Assembly (NCBI GenBank): GCA_964464475.1
Contig: CAYXGG010000007.1
Coordinates: 5,305-69,304, forward strand
Length of the DNA: 64,000 bases
Direction: 5' to 3'
Source: an uncultured Planctomycetales bacterium
GTDB taxonomy: Bacteria; Omnitrophota; Gorgyraeia; Zapsychrales; JAHFFX01
A program made the translations under genes and the position numbers. The notes beneath the pieces were generated by a model, which saw only the letters and a list, made by a program, of their open reading frames with translations, was not told the origin of the DNA and did no database searches. Below are positions 63,388-64,000 of this stretch, one piece after another. Numbering within the stretch: position 1 is the first letter of the stretch; every line of letters starts with the position of its first letter.

Positions 63388-64000
63388 ATGGATATCTACT
63401 TAGCTAAAACACAAGGTTTTTGCGCCGGAGTGGCCAGCGCCGTGGAAATTGTGGAAGCGGCCTTGGTGAAGTATGGTGCTCCCTTATATGTGTTTCATGA
63501 AATTGTGCATAATACTTATGTGGTCAAAGATTTTCGCGCGCGTGGTGTTGTTTTTGTAGATGATGTCAACGAGGTCCCCCAGGGTAAACGGGTCATCTTT
63601 AGTGCTCATGGCGTGGCTCCCGAAGTCATTGAAACCGCCAAGCGTAAGCAGCTTAAATACATCGACGCGACGTGTCCGCTGGTTAATAAAGTGCATCGGG
63701 AAGCCATCCTCTTTTCTGAACGAGGTTATGAAATCGTTTTGATCGGTCATAAAGGCCATCAGGAGTTGATTGGGACGGCGGGGCATGTGTCTCCCCACCT
63801 TTTGCATATTGTTGAGAATGAAAAAGATATTGAGGAGTTAAAGATTGATCCCTCCAATACAGTGGGGTATTTGACGCAAACGACATTGTCGGTTACGGAG
63901 ACCAAGGGGTTAATTGAAAAATTAAAACAACGATTTCCTAAGTTAGTAGCCCCCCCGCGCGAGGATATTTGTTACGCGACTCAGAATCGACAAGACGCGG
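63388..64000 (+). CDS. ispH: 4-hydroxy-3-methylbut-2-enyl diphosphate reductase IspH/LytB (partial; continues beyond window end)
   Basis: Starts MDIYLAKTQGFCAGV (the first Fe-S Cys) and includes ...DATCPLVNKVH (the second Cys). A GGAG SD lies 7 nt upstream. Confidence 0.9.
   Translation, partial: MDIYLAKTQGFCAGVASAVEIVEAALVKYGAPLYVFHEIVHNTYVVKDFRARGVVFVDDVNEVPQGKRVIFSAHGVAPEVIETAKRKQLKYIDATCPLVNKVHREAILFSERGYEIVLIGHKGHQELIGTAGHVSPHLLHIVENEKDIEELKIDPSNTVGYLTQTTLSVTETKGLIEKLKQRFPKLVAPPREDICYATQNRQDA

Noticed and set aside
63484-63886. Two minus-strand ORFs (107 aa and 67 aa) in the ispH region
   Set aside because: They are antisense to a clearly recognisable IspH coding frame.

Overview
This is a bacterial chromosomal segment with very strong strand bias: every confident gene from 1 to about 48 kb, and again from 50 to 63 kb, is on the minus strand. 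Reading the minus strand from high to low coordinates it contains:
- ispH on the plus strand, divergent from ispG.
- A block of secreted and membrane hypothetical proteins together with a Dps gene.
- A glycosyltransferase pair (GT2 and GT-C).
- An operon containing crcB together with a minimal ABC-like ATPase.
- A small plus-strand island: a PHP phosphatase, a VOC enzyme and the peroxiredoxin Bcp.
- A folate cluster: folE, an SDR, folB and folK.
- fabG, acpP and fabF.
- asd, truA, rplM and rpsI.
- A contiguous 12.6 kb amino-acid biosynthesis block: argC, argJ, argB, argD, argF, argG, argH, lysA, dapF, dapA, dapB and a dapL-type aminotransferase.
- A second folK, panC and nadX.
- A tiny lysine-rich tandem-repeat protein, then uvrA.
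- A large periplasmic TPR protein, followed by exbB, exbD, a TonB-like anchor, a zinc-ribbon protein and a PilX-like minor pilin.
- Directly downstream, a complete type IV filament machinery: a PilM-PilN fusion, PilO, PilP, the secretin PilQ, the ATPase PilB, PilC, a major pilin with its terminator, and four further pilins.
- tRNA-Ala, rsmE and a TPR/GT-C membrane protein.
- recA, recX, htrA and the start of alaS.

The points most worth a second look are:
1. The ExbB/ExbD/TonB-like/zinc-ribbon/PilX-like module fused to the front of the pilus operon.
2. A repeated intergenic palindromic element family (GTCACA/GACACA units, MITE-like between ispG and ispH).
3. The tandem-repeat basic protein with a strong stem-loop ahead of uvrA.
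4. A stripped-down ABC-type ATPase co-operonic with crcB.
5. A secreted CPYC glutaredoxin next to a GT2 + GT-C pair.
6. A run of uncharacterised secreted proteins.

I have no tools here, so all calls rest on reading the supplied translations and the DNA by eye. No CRISPR array and no rRNA were seen.
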